A stretch of DNA of 63,866 bases, the filler included, from Octopus bimaculoides (Eukaryota): the NCBI RefSeq assembly GCF_001194135.2. It is 6 parts of 6 records of this genome, joined end to end, with 100 filler letters (N's around TTAATTAATTAA, not from the genome) between each part and the next. Parts side by side here need not be neighbours in the genome. Positions count along the whole stretch, not along the records: positions 60,207 to 62,592 come from NC_068984.1; positions 62,693 to 63,866 come from NW_026342996.1; 4 more parts are not named here. One strand, written 5' to 3'. Positions 60,200 to 63,866 of this stretch are shown one piece after another; position 1 is the stretch's first letter, and the number at the start of each line of letters is the position of its first letter. Both the position numbers and the translations under genes were made by a program. A model generated the notes under the pieces. The model was given only the letters and a program-made list of their open reading frames with translations, did no database searches and had not been told where the DNA came from.

Positions 60200-61240
60200 N
60201 NNNNNNCTCCCATCAAAAATCAACTTCCGACTGTGGTGTTATTTTCGCTTTTATTGCTATTATGCAATTCCCAAGACGCCAGCAGAAATCTCCTAAAATG
60301 CAAGTACGGCCCGAAAATCTCCGTTCTGGAATTCAGTATGATCCCTGGTACGTGCGAGTTTTTCAGATTCTTCGTGCGTTCGGCTTTGCATAGCTTTCAG
60401 TGTTTCGTTCCATTGATGTAGGAACACGGGTGCTAGAGGATTTTCCATGAGGTCGAGTGTGAAATTCCATCTTCCTTTAGTTGCTAGACATGGCTAGCCA
60501 GCTATGTCACGTATCTCCTTTCCGGAACCCTGAAGGAGGATCCATGGTTGGAAACACGTTTCTGCACCAACAGCATCAGCAGTTTCTTAAAGGAATTTCC
60601 CGTGCAACCGATGTATTTCTTTGGGCGCGTGATGTCGGTGTCGTTCCTATTACTGTTGTTGCTGTTGCTACTGCTGCTGTTGGGTCAACAAGACCGACAA
60701 ATATCAAGGAGTGATGCTTGTAGAGGTCACAGCCCATGGAGAACTAGCCCGTAGATTTAGGAGAGCTCCGAAGGAGGTTAAACTCAACATTAAGATTATT
60801 GAAAAGCCAGGGAGCTCCATCAGATCACAACTGTGTAGGACGTATCCCTTTAAGAATACTACATGATAACTCCATGGTGTGTAGGATTAAACCTGGCATT
60901 AACTGTAGAACTAGAAATATATTCTACAGCTGAAGGTGCATAGAAGGTGCTTGTAAAGACAAGAACATGATATACATAGTTGGGACATCTAGGAGCATTG
61001 CAGAAAGACTAAATGCACATTTGAGACAGTATGACGACAAAAAAACAGTCCTCCATACTCTACCAACATGCCAAAGACCAACATGGAAGCACCCTAGGTC
61101 AACTTGACATCCACATTTTATCCTAGGACCCGAAGGACCCAACATTCATACAAATACAGGAGTACGTCCTCATAAATGAAACATCTCCAGTACTAAATAG
61201 GAAATATACGTAGTAGGTAGCCATACTCCTATACCCACAG
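60200..61240 (+). mobile_element. Penelope-like relic (linker + GIY-YIG)
   Basis: KIIEKPGSSIRSQLCRTYPFK...NCRTRNI...C...MIYIVGTSRSIAERLNAH, frameshifted. Confidence 0.75.
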
Positions 61241-62219
61241 TCTATATATATATATATATATAAACAGATAGAATAGTTAGAGGGCTGTTATGTAGATGTA
61301 TGTATGTGTGTGTATATATATGTGTGTGTATATATATATGTGTGTGTGTGTGTATATATATATGTATATATATATATATATGTATATACATATATATATG
61401 TANNNNNNNNNNNNNNNNNNNNNNNNNNNNNNNNNNNNNNNNNNNNNNNNNNNNNNNNNNNNNNNNNNNNNNNNNNNNNNNNNNNNNNNNNNNNNNNNNN
61501 NNNNNNNNNNNNNNNNNNNNNNNNNNNNNNNNNNNNNNNNNNNNNNNNNNNNNNNNNNNNNNNNNNNNNNNNNNNNNNNNNNNNNNNNNNNNNNNNNNNN
61601 NNNNNNNNNNNNNNNNNNNNNNNNNNNNNNNNNNNNNNNNNNNNNNNNNNNNNNNNNNNNNNNNNNNNNNNNNNNNNNNNNNNNNNNNNNNNNNNNNNNN
61701 NNNTATATATATATATATATGCATATGCATATATATGTAGATAAATGGATATGAATGTAAACAGATAGACTTACAGGTAGACAGGTACATAGGTAATACG
61801 AACAGAAAAGCACACATACACACATACGCAAATGAAAACTGAAACACATGACCATATACACACACGCACACTTCACACAAGGACACATATGGAAACACAC
61901 ATCCATACGTAATAGACGCACGTACATAGTCAGAAAAACCCATACACAGACAAACTCAGACATACACAGACACACTCAGACATACACAGACACACTCAGA
62001 CATACACAGACACACTCAGACATACACACACAAGGAGACAAAGATACAGACACACACACACACACACATACACACACACACACACACACAAACACATAAA
62101 GACACAAGCACGAACACACAAATACATGAATATGCAGTCTTTCATGCTTTGCATGAACAATATTTACAAGTTAGAAATATACGTAAAGCTAGAATATCCC
62201 GATGCTATATATTTATATA

Positions 62220-62590
62220 TATACTAGCAGTATAACCCGACCTTGTCCGGGTGTGACTTATTACGCCATCTACGAAAAGTCTTGCTAGCTGAAAATCAAC
62301 TAAAAAAGAAAGCCTTACAACGAAAAAACCCTTATGATGTAAATATGTTCATAATTCAAAAGATGATGAAATTAATAGGGAAAGTCTGAAGGTTGTTTTG
62401 CGTAAAATTATTAAGCATACGTAAATTTCATCCGTGTAATTGGCTATAGAAATGCTTGTGCGAAACAACTTTTTGCGCTGCCCTGATTATACATAGCAGG
62501 GTAATCCCTTTTTGCAGGAGCTAGGACGGCAATTTGTGATGAAGCAGTTGCTGGCGATCTGTTGCTACACAGTTTTGCCAGAATTCTATC
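62220..62590. mobile_element. Possible non-autonomous Helitron-like element end
   Basis: (TA)n-ACTAGCAGTATAACCCGACCTTGTCCGGG resembles termini of small Helitron-like repeats. No coding evidence. Confidence 0.3.
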
Positions 62591-63866
62591 AGNNNNNNNN
62601 NNNNNNNNNNNNNNNNNNNNNNNNNNNNNNNNNNNNTTAATTAATTAANNNNNNNNNNNNNNNNNNNNNNNNNNNNNNNNNNNNNNNNNNNNATATACAT
62701 ACACATACATGCATATATATCACACAAGCGAACACATATTACACACGTGCATAGTGAGTCTCTTGCGCCCACACCCACAAACATAATTATGTGTATAAGT
62801 TACGCGCGCGCACAAACACACGCACACACACACACACATGCATATACAGACAAATAGATATATAGCTATGGAACTATTTGATTGTTTTCAAGGACTGCTT
62901 TCAAGGAAATCTACTACGTAAGGCCAAGCTATAGTGGCAATATGGTAGTTATGACTTCTAAAAGTTAAAAATAATAAAAAATTCTTCCTTTAGATCCATG
63001 ATGCTCCATAGTTCGCTTGCTCAAAGAGCAGCTGTAATGTTAATAGAGGGACGATGATCTTATAGAATCTAATAGGAAATGGATCGAGAAGAAAGTCAGT
63101 TACATATAAAACTGAGCAAACAGTTTGAGGTAAACTGAGAAAATAGTTTGCAAAACCAAAAGGAGTGAGAGGAAGCTGACAGTAAAATCGAAAGGGACAA
63201 AGAAAAAGAGAGAGGGTGGGAGAAAGATAGAATAGCAAGCACACGATCTAAAAATGATTCTATAAGTGGTAGTTATATCTCGCTTAATAAAAATTAGATG
63301 TTAAAAGAAAAAAGTATATGTTTAAATCGCAATATGTTATATCGAACAATGAAACGAATATCCTACATTGTAGATTCATTGAAGTTAATATGATCTGCGG
63401 CGAAAGTGTTCTGTTATTTTTTTTTTATATCATCATTGAATGTTAAAAAATGCAAAATGAAAGAACAAACAATAATCTTTTTTTGAATTTGTGTATGAAT
63501 CGTGTATGAGAGACATCATGAAATGGAAAGCTTTTCTCACCTCTACAGGGATCATCACAAATCAATATTACACACCATAGTAACAAGGTTTTCTAAGCGT
63601 TCCTAGGAAAATCATAAGAACGCATCATAACAACGGAATGCAAAATCATACGCATATTTATCTATAGATATGCACAGGCGTAAATACATATCTTTTGCTT
63701 TATCGTTTCCTCTCAAAGATATCTCCAATTTAACGTTCAACACATTGCTATCGCATATTACTTTAAAGGTTTTTTTACATTTTATTCTCCAAACTTTCCC
63801 ACTAACACTTTTATGCAAATGTATGTATGTATGTATGTATGTATGTATGTATATATATATATATAT

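Noticed and set aside
1083-62099. Dozens of long ORFs in the supplied track (X-runs; [12 protein letters not shown], poly-V/T/Y, ERER)
   Set aside because: They are produced by N gaps and di/tri-nucleotide microsatellites and have no protein-like content.
63612-63818. ORF with VLNVKLEISL...LRLCIS resembling the TEP MG8 domain
   Set aside because: It is on the wrong side of the gene for a C-terminal exon, lacks a pyrimidine-rich acceptor and donor, and the similarity is superficial.

Overview
This is AT-rich, gapped, repeat-dense animal genomic DNA. The repeat families and microsatellite load suggest a coleoid cephalopod, probably Octopus; this is an inference. Two real genes can be assembled by hand from splice signals. 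(1) A minus-strand thioester-containing protein gene (TEP/CD109-like, alpha-2-macroglobulin family). Twelve visible exons between 13543 and 36934 total 1453 nt, with an intact GCGEQ thioester motif. The N-terminal MG domains, bait/FPETW exon(s), one MG7 exon, the catalytic-residue exon and the C-terminal MG8 exons are not visible, and lie in N-gaps or outside the window. (2) A plus-strand three-exon gene (908-5378) missed by the ORF track. It encodes a 116-aa secreted protein with a signal peptide and 10 Cys in two tandem C-x5/6-C-x14-C-x4-C modules, and is convergent with, or nested in, the TEP gene. The rest is decayed mobile DNA: Penelope-like, RTE and L1/Tx1 LINEs, SINEs, and mariner/Tc1, Tigger, hAT and Chapaev-type transposons. 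There are also mini/microsatellites, many long inverted repeats and a hammerhead-ribozyme-like motif. Almost all long entries in the supplied ORF track are artefacts of N-runs and microsatellites.
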